This document shows, one piece after another, positions 37,729-48,121 of a stretch of 64,000 nucleotides of DNA; the first letter of the stretch is position 1, and each line of letters starts with the position of its first letter. Origin of the DNA: an uncultured Allomuricauda sp. (GTDB taxonomy: Bacteria > Bacteroidota > Bacteroidia > Flavobacteriales > Flavobacteriaceae); contig CALBPG010000074.1 of the NCBI GenBank assembly GCA_937899065.1, positions 7,612 through 71,611 on the forward strand, read 5' to 3'. Position numbers and translations under genes: made by a program. The notes beneath the pieces are model-generated. The model was not told where the DNA came from, ran no database searches, and saw only the letters and a list, made by a program, of their open reading frames with translations.

Positions 37729-38310
37729 ATGCCGCGAACCAAACAGTTTGATGAAAAAGAAGTATTAAAAAATGCAATGGAACTCTTTTGGGAAAAAGGG
37801 TTCCATGCTACTTCTATTCAAGATTTGGTATCGCATTTAGGGATTAACCGCGCTAGTCTTTACGACACCTATGGTGGTAAGGATGAACTGTTCAATACGG
37901 CTTTTGAAACCTATCGGCAACAAGCGGGGGATTTCCTTAAATCAGTTTTTGAAAAAGAATCCTCCGTAAAAGAAGGTTTTCGAAGCCTGTTTTATCAAGC
38001 AGTGGATGAAGGCATTCAAGATTGTTCTCGAAAAGGTTGTTTCGTTGTAAATACAACTACCGAGATGGTTCCGGGGGATGAAGCGCTACAAAAAGTGATT
38101 GAAGGTCTTGTAAAAAAAATAAGTCAGGTATTCGCTGACGAAATCCAGAAGGGAATCGATACTGGAGAGCTATCTCCTTCCAAAAACCCTGAAGAAATTG
38201 GAATGATGCTATTGACCTTTTACAATGGGTTGCGGGTTATTGGAAAGGTTTCCACCGATGCTGATAGTCTCAAAAACATGGTAGAAACCTCTTTATCCGT
38301 TCTGGATTAA
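37729..38310 (+). CDS. TetR/AcrR family regulator (NemR/ComR-like)
   Basis: MPRTKQFD..AMELFWEKGFHATSIQDL..GINRASLY; GCFVVNT. Confidence 0.95.
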   Translation: MPRTKQFDEKEVLKNAMELFWEKGFHATSIQDLVSHLGINRASLYDTYGGKDELFNTAFETYRQQAGDFLKSVFEKESSVKEGFRSLFYQAVDEGIQDCSRKGCFVVNTTTEMVPGDEALQKVIEGLVKKISQVFADEIQKGIDTGELSPSKNPEEIGMMLLTFYNGLRVIGKVSTDADSLKNMVETSLSVLD

Positions 38311-38313
38311 CTC

Positions 38314-38808
38314 CTACCCAGCAGTACGACTGTAGGCAAAAGTAAGCTCTCGGGCCTCCTCTTGCTTACCTACCAAAACATGCATGGTGATATGGTCCGG
38401 GTCGATTCGCTCGATGGTGAAACCCTCAAAGTAAGCGACGTTTTCTTCCCAACGTACTAGTCTGAAATCTACCGTTTCTTCTTTGGTTTCCCAACCGTGA
38501 AGGTCTCCGTTAAAATGTTTGAGTTGAAGGAATAAAGTGCCTTCTTTTTCCAAAATATGGCCTATTTCGTAAAAAGAAACCTTTCCGTCGTTGACCAAAC
38601 GAAACACAAACATCATAGAGTCGCCTGATGCAGGACTCCAGATTTCTTCAACCATACCCCCCAGGGCTTCCCCTTTCCAATGTCCAGTAAGCCAAGCCAT
38701 GTCCTCTAAATTCGCTTTAGGGCTTTCTTGGCCGGTTTCGTACTGTACTGTTTTTTGGGCGTTAGCAGTAAAACAACCCAACAGAATGCAAAAAATAATA
38801 GTTCTCAT
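38314..38808 (-). CDS. Secreted DUF6265-like protein
   Basis: WLTGHWKG..EEIWSP..SMM..LKHF; signal peptide. Confidence 0.7.
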   Translation of the reverse strand: MRTIIFCILLGCFTANAQKTVQYETGQESPKANLEDMAWLTGHWKGEALGGMVEEIWSPASGDSMMFVFRLVNDGKVSFYEIGHILEKEGTLFLQLKHFNGDLHGWETKEETVDFRLVRWEENVAYFEGFTIERIDPDHITMHVLVGKQEEARELTFAYSRTAG

Positions 38809-38839
38809 GATGTCCTTTTTTTAAATGACGTATGAAGCG

Positions 38840-39547
38840 TCATTTATTGGACAATGCGAACTTTACATTTACGGTAGTTTCTACACGAATTTGTTCAAAG
38901 TCAACATCCAAGGGCTCTGCAGCGGCAGGAGCCACTGCGTGTTCTCGGTACACTGTTAGTTGTTTTGTATCTCTATAGTTTTGATAGTAGGGAGAAGAAT
39001 TATCCAAAATATGCAAAGCTTGTCCAACAGATTGCCCCAGGGGTTTGGTCAATGCCGCTGCTTTTTTCTTGGCTTTGGCTACCGCACGGCTTTTTAAATC
39101 GAGTTCCAACGCTTCCATTTTCGAATACTCCGTCTTTTCCATGTAGACATTGGCGATATCCAATTTTTCCAAAGCTTGCAAAGCTTCCCCAGCTTGTTTT
39201 CCAGAATACACCAAAAGGGAAAACCGTTTGCTTTTCAACACATCTTTTCCGCGTAAAAAGTATTTTTTGAAGTTGCTGCTCAAATCCTTGATGAACAATT
39301 GCTTGTCCAAATCAATACCGAGTCCACGAAATGCTTGGGCCATCTTGTTTTCTTGTTCCTCAACAGACTTTTTCCCTTTGGAATCTTTTTCAGTAATGGT
39401 AATGTTCAAATAGATTTTATCCGGGGTGACCAAAGTGTCTACCCGTGCTGAAGTTTCCAAATACGGTACATCGAGAAAATTTTTGTTCTGGGCAGTCCCC
39501 ACGGCGAAGGAGAAAAGTAGACAAAAAGAGAGCAGATTTAATTTCAT
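38840..39547 (-). CDS. SIMPL (DUF541) domain protein
   Basis: VTPDKIYLNI, AVAKAKKKAAALT...VGQAL, terminal VNVKF. Confidence 0.85.
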   Translation of the reverse strand: MKLNLLSFCLLFSFAVGTAQNKNFLDVPYLETSARVDTLVTPDKIYLNITITEKDSKGKKSVEEQENKMAQAFRGLGIDLDKQLFIKDLSSNFKKYFLRGKDVLKSKRFSLLVYSGKQAGEALQALEKLDIANVYMEKTEYSKMEALELDLKSRAVAKAKKKAAALTKPLGQSVGQALHILDNSSPYYQNYRDTKQLTVYREHAVAPAAAEPLDVDFEQIRVETTVNVKFALSNK

Positions 39548-39580
39548 AGCGTTTATTTATATAATAGGTTAATTACGAAA

Positions 39581-40606
39581 TTACGCTTTATATGATGAAT
39601 CCCTTACAATCAGATTTGTCTTTACCTCAATAGTTTTGGTGATGAGATCTTCTTTAGGTTGCTCCACCTCTTCCACCAAATATTTCACCGCAGTTCTTCC
39701 AATTTTATTTCCGGGTTGGTCCACTGTGGACAGCGCAGGGGAGATGATGGTAGAGCTCACTGAATTGCTAAAACCAACTACGGCAATTTCCTTGGGAATC
39801 TCAACATTGAATCGATTCAAAGCTTTTATTACTCCGATGGCAGCGCTATCCGTAATCGCGAAAATCGCATCCGGACGCTCTTTTAGACTTAACAATACGT
39901 TGGCCATCATACGACCTTTAGACATGGAAATGTCCTCGGTGCTGAGCACAATCTTTTGGTCTACTGGAATATTATATTCTTGGTGCGCGCGCAGGTAGCC
40001 TTCGTAGCGCTTTTTGCTGTTGAAAGATTGTTCCGTCTCTTTGATGATTGCGATACGTCGTTTACCTGTATTAATCAGATGTTCTACTGCAGTGAAAGCG
40101 GCCTCCTCTTCGTTGATGACCACTTGGGTGCAGGGAATCTTATCCGAAACCTTGTCGAACATCACTAAGGGGATCGTAGGCAAAATGTTCAAAATGCTTT
40201 CTACGGATTTTGTTTTCCTGGCCAGGGCCATTAAAATACCGTCCACTCCGAAATGCATCATGGTCCGCAGCATTTCCTCCTGTTTTTTCTCGTCGTTTTT
40301 AGATTCTGAAATAATGACACGATACCCCAAACTTTCGGCTTCGTCCAATATGCCCTTCAGCATGGTTGTGGTAAAATAGTGCGAAACATTGGGCACAATG
40401 ACCCCAAGAATGTGTGAACGATGACTTCGGAAACCACTGGCAATAATGTTGGGGACATAGTGTTGTTTTTCGGCAAGCGCTTTTACTTTCTCTTTGGTTT
40501 CCTGACTAATGTCAGGATGATTGTTCAGCGCGCGAGATACGGTTGAAATCGATAGTTCCAATTGCTTGGCCAGCTCTTTCAACGTAACCTGTTGCCTTTT
40601 CTTCAT
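39581..40606 (-). CDS. LacI family transcriptional regulator
   Basis: TLKELAKQLELSISTVSRALNNHPDIS, PNIIASG, GVIVP, VVGFSN, LSTVDQP. Confidence 0.95.
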   Translation of the reverse strand: MKKRQQVTLKELAKQLELSISTVSRALNNHPDISQETKEKVKALAEKQHYVPNIIASGFRSHRSHILGVIVPNVSHYFTTTMLKGILDEAESLGYRVIISESKNDEKKQEEMLRTMMHFGVDGILMALARKTKSVESILNILPTIPLVMFDKVSDKIPCTQVVINEEEAAFTAVEHLINTGKRRIAIIKETEQSFNSKKRYEGYLRAHQEYNIPVDQKIVLSTEDISMSKGRMMANVLLSLKERPDAIFAITDSAAIGVIKALNRFNVEIPKEIAVVGFSNSVSSTIISPALSTVDQPGNKIGRTAVKYLVEEVEQPKEDLITKTIEVKTNLIVRDSSYKA

Positions 40607-40653
40607 AGCTCAAAAATAGTCTTCCCATACCAAGGAATTACATAAAGTAACTC

Positions 40654-40675
40654 AAACGTTTTCGCAAACGTTTGC
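40654..40675. promoter_or_regulatory. LacI-type operator(s): GCAAACGTTTGC (40664-40675) with adjacent AAACGTTT (40654-40661)
   Basis: Perfect 12-bp palindrome with central CG, between divergent lacI and TBDR. Confidence 0.8.
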
Positions 40676-40791
40676 ATAATGATTTCGCAATAAAACAAAT
40701 ATTTCAATAGGGATATAAAATAAATTTAGCTCAAAATTGAGAATATTATAATTCTACTTAAAATCTAAGTTTCACAATTAACTCAACAATC

Positions 40792-43458
40792 ATGAAAAGA
40801 CTAGGGTTTGCGATACTTGTTCTATTATGCACAGGAATAGGTTACGCCCAAACTGAAATCTCAGGAAATGTAAAAGATGCCGCAGGCGTTCCCATTTTGG
40901 GAGCAAATGTTTTGATTGAAGGTACCACGGAAGGTACTACTACCGATTTTGATGGTAATTTTTTGCTTACCACTAATTTAACCGGTTCCCAAACCATTCA
41001 AATTTCCTTTATTGGATTTACTTCAGCACAACAGACCGTGGAACTGAATGGTACTCCCGTAAGTTTTGATGTAGTGCTTCAAGAAAGTGGTCAGCAGTTG
41101 GACGAGGTCGTTATTACTGCTTCTTCCACCTTTAGGTCGCAGAAACAAGCACCTTTATCTATTTCCTCTAAGAAAATGGCGGAAATTACCAGACTCTCAG
41201 CGAATAGCCAAGCAGATATTTTACGAGATGTTCCCGGTATTACTGCTGAAGGGGGTGGTGGTGAAACCGCAACCAACCTTTTTGTAAGAGGTCTCCCCTC
41301 AGGCGGACAGTACGTTTTCAATCCGCTACAATATGATGGAATGCCCTTGATGAGCACCTTTGGCTTGAACTCTTCCGCGCATGACGTGTACGCGCGTCCC
41401 GATATTGGATTTAAAGGTGTGGAATTTGTCCGTGGGGGTGCTGCCGTGCTTTACGGCGCAGGTTCTGTAGCAGGTATTATCAACTACACCAGTAAAACTG
41501 GAGATACCAATCCTGGTAACATCATCAATGTGGAATGGGGTAGCCGCGGCCGTTTAAAAACTGATTTTTATACCGGTGGTAAATTGGGTGGAGAAGATTC
41601 CAATACTTTTTACGCGTTTACGGGCTTCGTTCGAAAAGATGATGGCCCTATCGAAACGGGTTTGCCCACACGAGGGGTCCAGTTCCGTGGGAACATTAAA
41701 AAACGATTTGAAAAAGGTTCCTTTACGGTTCATGGGCAGTTTATTGATGATAAAGCTCAATTCTTTTTACCGCTGCCTTTGGAAGGCGGTTCACGAGAAA
41801 GACTGGCAGGAAACGATGGAGAAGATGTAGAACAATTGTTGTCTGGAGAGCTGGCAGAAACCTCTTTTTTGACTCCTGGCGGCGTGTATAAAAGTCCTAT
41901 CGAAGATGGAGTGTCTACGCAAGGGGGTTACGTGATGGGAGAATTCTTGTACAATTTTACCGATGACCTTCGGTTCAAATCCAAAATCCGGTATGGAAAT
42001 TACAAACACAATTTTGCGCTCTACGTAGGTGGAAATGGAGATTTTGGAAACCCTATCACACTTTCAGATTATGTAGGTGAAGTCGCCCCTGGCAACCAAG
42101 GTTTTGATGCGACCTACCAAGGAGGTAGCGGAGCACAAATCAGCGGCACGGATTTGGTGGTTGAGAATTTACACATAGACCGTTTACGTCCTATGACGGA
42201 CTATTCAGGGGAAGTAAATTTAATTTACAAATCTCCGAGTGGGAATCATACCTATACCGTGGGTAGTTTTCTATCGCGTACCGAAGCAGAGGATGTGAAT
42301 TTCCAATACAGAGTCTTATCCGAATTCAACAACAACCCAAGATTGGTGAACCTGAGTTATACCGATGGTGGTGGTGCAAATGTCATTTATTCCCAAGGTG
42401 GATTGTACAATCGTATTGGGATGACGACCAACCGATTCTTGGAACAAAGTAGAACCGCCTTCTACATTACGGACGAGATGATTTTCGACCGCTGGCGTTT
42501 TGACGTAGGGCTTCGTATCGAATCTACTACCGGGGTATTTAGCGATGGCGGTTTGGAAGAATCCCAAGTATATGACGACCCCGAATTGACTGCGGCCTTG
42601 AGCAATGTGCAGTTTGCGGATGGTAGTTTTAACAGAGCCGAAATCAATGCAACAGATTGGGCCGTTTCGCTGGCTGGATTGTATGAGTTGACCGAAACCA
42701 CGAATCTCTATGCCAACTTTTCTAGAGGGTTCTTTTTCCCACAGCAGAGAGGGTTTATTCCAACCCCTGGAATCCAAGAGTCAAATTATGATGCAGAAAC
42801 CATTTTGCAAGGAGAAGCGGGAGCCAAGTTTGGAAGTTCAGCGTTTTCCGGTTCCATTGCAGGGTATTTTGTAACCTTGCAAGATAGAATCCGAATTGAC
42901 CAAGCCATTGTGGGTGGTCAGTTGGTTGACCAAGGGAGAAGTGAGCAAACCACCCGAACCTTCGGTTTGGAAGCCACTTGGAACTATCGCTTTATGGAGC
43001 ACTGGAGCTTGAATGGTACGGCGACCTATCAAAACCACGAAATCACCAAAAATGAAACGACCGATTTGACCAATGGAGAGGTTTCCATTATCAACGAAGG
43101 GAACGAGATTGGGAGACAACCCAACTTTTTGGGAAGCTTGTCCTTGAATTTTGATGACCGACGTTTTGATGCGAACTTTACCCTAAACCATACGGGAAAC
43201 AAGTTTACCGATGACAGTAATAATGTAGAGTTAGATGCGATTACCATTGCTCGTTTGGGCGCAGGTTATAGTTTCCAAACCGATGAGGTGAACTCCTTAA
43301 GACTCGGTTTTTCCGTCTTCAATTTGTTTGACAGTGATGGCTTGACTGAAGGAAATCCACGAGCAGGAATTGCGGGGCAATCTGCTGATGGAGAGTTCTT
43401 TTTCGGAAGACCGATTCTGCCAAGACGCTTTTTCCTGACGGCGACATTTAATTTCTAA
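40792..43458 (+). CDS. TonB-dependent receptor with N-terminal carboxypeptidase-regulatory-like domain
   Basis: GANVLIEGTTEGTTTDFDGNF, LDEVVITAS, plug VEFVRGG..YG..GIIN, terminal PRRFFLTATFNF. Confidence 0.95.
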   Translation: MKRLGFAILVLLCTGIGYAQTEISGNVKDAAGVPILGANVLIEGTTEGTTTDFDGNFLLTTNLTGSQTIQISFIGFTSAQQTVELNGTPVSFDVVLQESGQQLDEVVITASSTFRSQKQAPLSISSKKMAEITRLSANSQADILRDVPGITAEGGGGETATNLFVRGLPSGGQYVFNPLQYDGMPLMSTFGLNSSAHDVYARPDIGFKGVEFVRGGAAVLYGAGSVAGIINYTSKTGDTNPGNIINVEWGSRGRLKTDFYTGGKLGGEDSNTFYAFTGFVRKDDGPIETGLPTRGVQFRGNIKKRFEKGSFTVHGQFIDDKAQFFLPLPLEGGSRERLAGNDGEDVEQLLSGELAETSFLTPGGVYKSPIEDGVSTQGGYVMGEFLYNFTDDLRFKSKIRYGNYKHNFALYVGGNGDFGNPITLSDYVGEVAPGNQGFDATYQGGSGAQISGTDLVVENLHIDRLRPMTDYSGEVNLIYKSPSGNHTYTVGSFLSRTEAEDVNFQYRVLSEFNNNPRLVNLSYTDGGGANVIYSQGGLYNRIGMTTNRFLEQSRTAFYITDEMIFDRWRFDVGLRIESTTGVFSDGGLEESQVYDDPELTAALSNVQFADGSFNRAEINATDWAVSLAGLYELTETTNLYANFSRGFFFPQQRGFIPTPGIQESNYDAETILQGEAGAKFGSSAFSGSIAGYFVTLQDRIRIDQAIVGGQLVDQGRSEQTTRTFGLEATWNYRFMEHWSLNGTATYQNHEITKNETTDLTNGEVSIINEGNEIGRQPNFLGSLSLNFDDRRFDANFTLNHTGNKFTDDSNNVELDAITIARLGAGYSFQTDEVNSLRLGFSVFNLFDSDGLTEGNPRAGIAGQSADGEFFFGRPILPRRFFLTATFNF

Positions 43459-43499
43459 TACGCAAAAAATAGTTTAAGTTAGTTCGAAGTTCAATCCAG

Positions 43500-43525
43500 G
43501 TATTGGTGGCTAAGGCCGCCAATAC
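43500..43525 (+). terminator. 11-bp stem-loop between TBDR and GH63 (terminator or mRNA-stabilising hairpin)
   Basis: GTATTGGTGGC-TAAG-GCCGCCAATAC (one G-U pair), followed by TTATTT. Confidence 0.7.
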
Positions 43526-43541
43526 TTATTTAGTACAACAG

Positions 43542-44852
43542 ATGAAGGAACAATTGATGAGCAAAGCCAAAGAAGTCTTGGAAAACAATTTCCAAGATGG
43601 GGGCTTTACCATTCCGAGTAAAGGTCTCTATCCTTTTCAATGGAAGTGGGATTCGGGCTTTATTGCCCTAGGCTACGTGCATTACGATTTGGAAAAAGCG
43701 AAACAAGAAATCGAAACCTTGTTGGATGCCCAATGGGAAAATGGTTTTATTCCGCATATTATCTTTCATAATGATAGCGATACGTATTTTCCCGGACCGG
43801 ACTTTCATGAATCCCATTTGCATCCGCAAGCGTCAAAAAAAGTTCGTTCTACAGGAATGACACAACCTCCGGTTACGGGTTTCATCTTAGAGCGTATGTT
43901 GGAAATTGTAGGAGATGAACTTTTGCCATTTATTAAGGAACACATCGATAAGGTTTTTGAAAACCACAAATACTTTTATGAAAACCGAGATGTAAACAAT
44001 GAAGGCCTAGTGTACATCTATCATAATTGGGAATCCGGAACAGACAACTCTCCCATGTGGGATGATATTTGGGCCACTATGGATTCCCCGGAATATGAAT
44101 TTGAACGTCGCGATACAACTCATGTTGACCCCGCGCAACGTCCTTCCAAAAGAGAATACGACCATTACCTATATATTATCAATATCGCAAAGGAGCATCA
44201 TTACCAAGATGCTCAGATAGCTCAACACTCTCCTTTTTTGGTATTGGATCCTTTATTCAATGCCATGCTGATTAAATCCAATGATGCCTTAATCAACTTG
44301 TATAAAAGGATTGGTGACAGTGAAGATAAAATCGCTTTTTTGGAAGCAAAGCAGCTTTTGGGAAAGGAGAATTTCAACAAAAAACTGTGCAATGCCGAGT
44401 TAGGGGCTTATGTACACTATGATTTGAGAAAGAACGAACAGATTCCATTCGTTTGTTCCTCATCGTTTTCACCGCTGTTTGCAGGAATTCCTGATACGTC
44501 AAGGGCGAAGATTTTGGTCAACACGATGATAGAAAAATTTGGAGGAGATGGCCGATACCTTTGCGCTTCGTTTGACCCTTCCCACGAACGTTTCAATCCG
44601 AAAAAATACTGGAGAGGTCCGGTTTGGATTAACATGAATTGGATGATTCATCACGGGCTTAAGTCCTATGGCTTTGATGAACTTGCCAAAAAAGTAAAGC
44701 ACGATTCATTGGAACTGATTGAACAATATGGTTTTTACGAGTACTTCGATGCGCGAAAAGCACATCCTGAGGTTACGCATAATGGCTATGGCGGAAATAA
44801 CTTTTCTTGGAGCGCTGCTTTGTATATTGATTTTATGACCAACGCAGATTAA
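43542..44852 (+). CDS. GH63 glucosylglycerate/mannosylglycerate hydrolase-like glycosidase
   Basis: LYPFQWKWDS, WESGTDNSP (acid Asp), YWRGPVWINMNW, GFYEYF (base Glu), FSWSAA; no signal peptide; ATG 43542 after the hairpin. Confidence 0.85.
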   Translation: MKEQLMSKAKEVLENNFQDGGFTIPSKGLYPFQWKWDSGFIALGYVHYDLEKAKQEIETLLDAQWENGFIPHIIFHNDSDTYFPGPDFHESHLHPQASKKVRSTGMTQPPVTGFILERMLEIVGDELLPFIKEHIDKVFENHKYFYENRDVNNEGLVYIYHNWESGTDNSPMWDDIWATMDSPEYEFERRDTTHVDPAQRPSKREYDHYLYIINIAKEHHYQDAQIAQHSPFLVLDPLFNAMLIKSNDALINLYKRIGDSEDKIAFLEAKQLLGKENFNKKLCNAELGAYVHYDLRKNEQIPFVCSSSFSPLFAGIPDTSRAKILVNTMIEKFGGDGRYLCASFDPSHERFNPKKYWRGPVWINMNWMIHHGLKSYGFDELAKKVKHDSLELIEQYGFYEYFDARKAHPEVTHNGYGGNNFSWSAALYIDFMTNAD

Positions 44853-44861
44853 AGTTTTGAG

Positions 44862-45455
44862 ATGGGTATTGACTTTGAAAAGGAATATGTTTTGGAAAAC
44901 GAGCGGGTTCGTTTAGAGCCGCTTACCCTAGACCATGTGCCAAAACTTATTCGCTTTACAGAGGAAGTTGATATCTGGACCTATTTTCTAGGGAAATCCG
45001 ATGGTAGCTCAGACTTGGCATCTTATGTACAAGATACGCTCACGGCAAAAAGTAAGAGACAAGCGTATGCCTTCGCCGTTTACGATAAAAGACACGAGCA
45101 ATTTGCAGGAAGCACCCGGTTTTTTGATTTTCAAGAGGATTTGAATACCGTCCGTATGGGGTACAGCTGGTATGGCAAGGACTTTTGGGGTACGGGTTTG
45201 AACAAAAATTGTAAATTCTTGCTTTTCCAATTTGCTTTTGACCAAATGGGGGTAGAGCGTATTGGGCTTGGAGCGCATTCCGAAAATACCAGAAGCATCA
45301 ACGCCATGAAAAGCATTGGGTGTCAGCCTGAGGGAACAATTCGCAATCTCTTTCCCGCTATTCAAGGCAAAGGTAGAGCAGATGCCATCCTTTTGGGAAT
45401 TCTAAAGGAAGAATGGCAAAAAACCATCAAAAATGACCTAAACCAACGTTTATGA
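44862..45455 (+). CDS. RimJ/RimL-like GNAT acetyltransferase
   Basis: AGSTRF..MGYSWYGKDFWGTGLNKNCKFLL, N.RS..AM..IG..EG. Confidence 0.85.
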   Translation: MGIDFEKEYVLENERVRLEPLTLDHVPKLIRFTEEVDIWTYFLGKSDGSSDLASYVQDTLTAKSKRQAYAFAVYDKRHEQFAGSTRFFDFQEDLNTVRMGYSWYGKDFWGTGLNKNCKFLLFQFAFDQMGVERIGLGAHSENTRSINAMKSIGCQPEGTIRNLFPAIQGKGRADAILLGILKEEWQKTIKNDLNQRL

Positions 45456-47056
45456 ATTACATCGACTACGTCATCATCATTGTTTATCTCGTCGCTTTTT
45501 TAGGCTTGGGATATCTGTTCAAGGAAAACAAAAGCTCTGGAGACTATTTCTTAGGAGGACGTAGTATGGGTTGGTTGCCTTTAAGTTTATCGACCATGGC
45601 GACCCAGCTTTCCGCCATTAGTTTTATCTCTGCGCCCGCTTTTGTCGGTTTAAAACCAGGCGGTGGTCTACAGTGGTTGACCTATGAATTTGGGGTGCCT
45701 TTGGCCATGGCTTTTCTCATGGTAGCGCTCATTCCTACCCTTTATAAATCAGGTATTGTAAGTGTGTATGAGTATTTGGAGAAGCGTTTTGATGCCTCTT
45801 CAAGATTACTTATCAGTTTTGTATTTCAAATCAGTCGGTCGGTGGCAACAGGGGTTATGGTTTACACGATGGCCTTGATTCTGCAAGCAACGGTCGGGAT
45901 TGATTTTTGGGTTTCTGTTTTGATTATTGGGGTAATCACTTTAGTGTACTCTTTTCAAGGCGGGATGAAGGCCGTCATTTGGGGGGATGTCATCCAAATG
46001 ATTATTCTCTTTTTAGGAATCGTGATTTGTTTGGCCTACGGAATAAGTGAGTTGGGTGGTTTTGATACGTTTTTGACCAACGTAGATAAAGATCGGCTCA
46101 CAGCGGTCGATTTTTCAAAATGGGGTTTCAACAATACTGATAAAAATGATGAGTTTGGTTTTTGGCCCATGATTATTGGAGGCTTTTTCTTGTATGCCTC
46201 TTACTACGGCACGGACCAAACGCAATCCCAAAGGTTGCTTTCCGCCAAGGGAATGCCAACCATCAAAAAACTTTTATTGGCCAATGGCTTATTTCGTTTT
46301 CCGCTGACCTTGACCTATTGTATTATGGGATTGGTACTCGGTACTCTGTTGTTACAAGACTCAAGTTTTCAAGAAACCATGGATTCGGTGTATCAAGCCA
46401 ATATTGATTCGTTGGAAGGTAAGAAAGCGGATTTGATGGTTCCGGTTTTTATCATCAAATATTTGCCTAATGGGGTTATCGGTGTATTGATTGTAGCCAT
46501 TATGTCTGCTGCCATGTCTACCTTAAGTTCGGCCGTGAACTCTTTATCCGCTGTAACCATGGAGGATTTTGTAAAACGGTTCAGACCGGATATGGACAAC
46601 AAAAAATATGTGATTACTTCCCGAATCATTTCGCTCTTCTGGGGATTGGTTTGTTTGTTTTTCGCCTTTTTTGCAGGAAATATAGAGGGTACGGTCATTG
46701 AGGTGATTAACAAGGTAAGTTCAGTATTCTACGGCCCAATTTTGGCTGGGTTCATTTTGGCCATCATGACGAAAAAAACCCATGCACTGGGAGCGAATAT
46801 CGGGATAGTAGTAGGGGTGCTTTTCAATATGTATTTATGGTTGTATGTTCCAGATGTGTTCTGGTTTTGGTGGAACGCCATTGGTTGTGTGGTCACTATT
46901 GTGGTAGCTTTGGTGGTAAGTACTATCATCAAAAGAGACGCCAACGAAGGCTTGGAAGTGGTTATTTCACCTTCCAAAAAGGAGGTTGCACTGCTGTTGG
47001 GATTCTTTGCGCTTATCATTGTGATAAGTCTTTCCCTCCCGAACTTGTTGTCTTAA
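45452..47056 (+). CDS. Sodium:solute symporter (SSS family)
   Basis: DYFLGGRSMGW, ATQLSAISF, GGMKAVIWGDVIQ, YGTDQTQSQRLL, AAMSTLSS..NS; ATGA overlap with upstream gene. Confidence 0.95.
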   Translation: MNYIDYVIIIVYLVAFLGLGYLFKENKSSGDYFLGGRSMGWLPLSLSTMATQLSAISFISAPAFVGLKPGGGLQWLTYEFGVPLAMAFLMVALIPTLYKSGIVSVYEYLEKRFDASSRLLISFVFQISRSVATGVMVYTMALILQATVGIDFWVSVLIIGVITLVYSFQGGMKAVIWGDVIQMIILFLGIVICLAYGISELGGFDTFLTNVDKDRLTAVDFSKWGFNNTDKNDEFGFWPMIIGGFFLYASYYGTDQTQSQRLLSAKGMPTIKKLLLANGLFRFPLTLTYCIMGLVLGTLLLQDSSFQETMDSVYQANIDSLEGKKADLMVPVFIIKYLPNGVIGVLIVAIMSAAMSTLSSAVNSLSAVTMEDFVKRFRPDMDNKKYVITSRIISLFWGLVCLFFAFFAGNIEGTVIEVINKVSSVFYGPILAGFILAIMTKKTHALGANIGIVVGVLFNMYLWLYVPDVFWFWWNAIGCVVTIVVALVVSTIIKRDANEGLEVVISPSKKEVALLLGFFALIIVISLSLPNLLS

Positions 47057-47106
47057 TGCCTCGTTTCCAAAAGTATTTCCGTATTTCGTACTAAATAGTG
47101 GATAAT

Positions 47107-48117
47107 ATGAAAGGAACTTCCCTTCAAATTTTGATAGTAAGCGTATGGGTGGGATTCACTTCTCTAGCATTTGCACAAACCCCAGTGGAATCTTATGTTC
47201 GCCCGAATTCGCTGAAAGCCGGAGACACCGTTGCCATCGTGGCACCAGCGGGAATTCTAAAGAATCGGCAGGCCTCAATTCAAGAAGCAACGGCAGTATT
47301 TTCTTCCTGGGGACTTCACGTCGTTCTGGGAAAACATCTTTATGCCAAAGACAATCACTTTGCCGGAACAGATGAACAGCGTGCTGAGGATTTTCAAAAA
47401 GCCATGGATGATACTTCCGTCAAGGCCATTTGGTGTGCTAGGGGTGGTTACGGCACCATGCGGATTTTGGATATGTTGGATTATTCCAATTTCAAGAAGA
47501 ATCCAAAATGGATAGAAGGTTTTTCAGATATCACGGCCATCCATGGAAAATTGCACCAACTCTGCATACAAAGCGTTCATGGTATGATGCCGACTGGGGT
47601 TGAGGGCCAAAAAATGCAGTCGGAATCGACAATTAAAAATTTGGAATCGCTTAAAAAAGTATTGTTTGGGGAAGCTCTAAAATATAAAGTTCCATCATCA
47701 TCTTATAACCGTATGGGAAAAGCTAGTGGCGAATTGATAGGTGGAAATCTCTCGTTACTACAAGCTTGTTTGCAATCAGATGCCACCTTGGATACCAAAG
47801 ACAAAATTTTATTTATCGAAGAGATTGGTGAATATCGCTATAGCATCGATAGGATGCTTTTTAGTTTGAAACGAGCGGGATACTTCAAACAACTGAAAGG
47901 ACTCATCATTGGTGATATCAGCAGAATAAAAGTAAATACTACTCCCTTTGGCAAATCCAACGAAGAGATTGTTCTGAATGTGGTAAAGGAATATGATTTT
48001 CCGGTACTTTTTGACTTTCCAGCTGGGCATGAGGAAGACAATCGGGCACTTATCTTAGGCCGGGAGGTTACCCTAGAGGTTGGTGAAAAAGAGTCCACGC
48101 TAACGTTTAAGAACTAG
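47107..48117 (+). CDS. S66 family LD-carboxypeptidase
   Basis: AGTDEQRAEDF, ARGGYG, GFSDIT (Ser), GGNL, FIEEIGE (Glu), AGHE (His); signal peptide. Confidence 0.9.
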   Translation: MKGTSLQILIVSVWVGFTSLAFAQTPVESYVRPNSLKAGDTVAIVAPAGILKNRQASIQEATAVFSSWGLHVVLGKHLYAKDNHFAGTDEQRAEDFQKAMDDTSVKAIWCARGGYGTMRILDMLDYSNFKKNPKWIEGFSDITAIHGKLHQLCIQSVHGMMPTGVEGQKMQSESTIKNLESLKKVLFGEALKYKVPSSSYNRMGKASGELIGGNLSLLQACLQSDATLDTKDKILFIEEIGEYRYSIDRMLFSLKRAGYFKQLKGLIIGDISRIKVNTTPFGKSNEEIVLNVVKEYDFPVLFDFPAGHEEDNRALILGREVTLEVGEKESTLTFKN

Positions 48118-48121
48118 TGCA

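Noticed and set aside
43503-43541. GH63 start at TTG 43503
   Set aside because: Falls inside the intercistronic hairpin; ATG 43542 is more plausible
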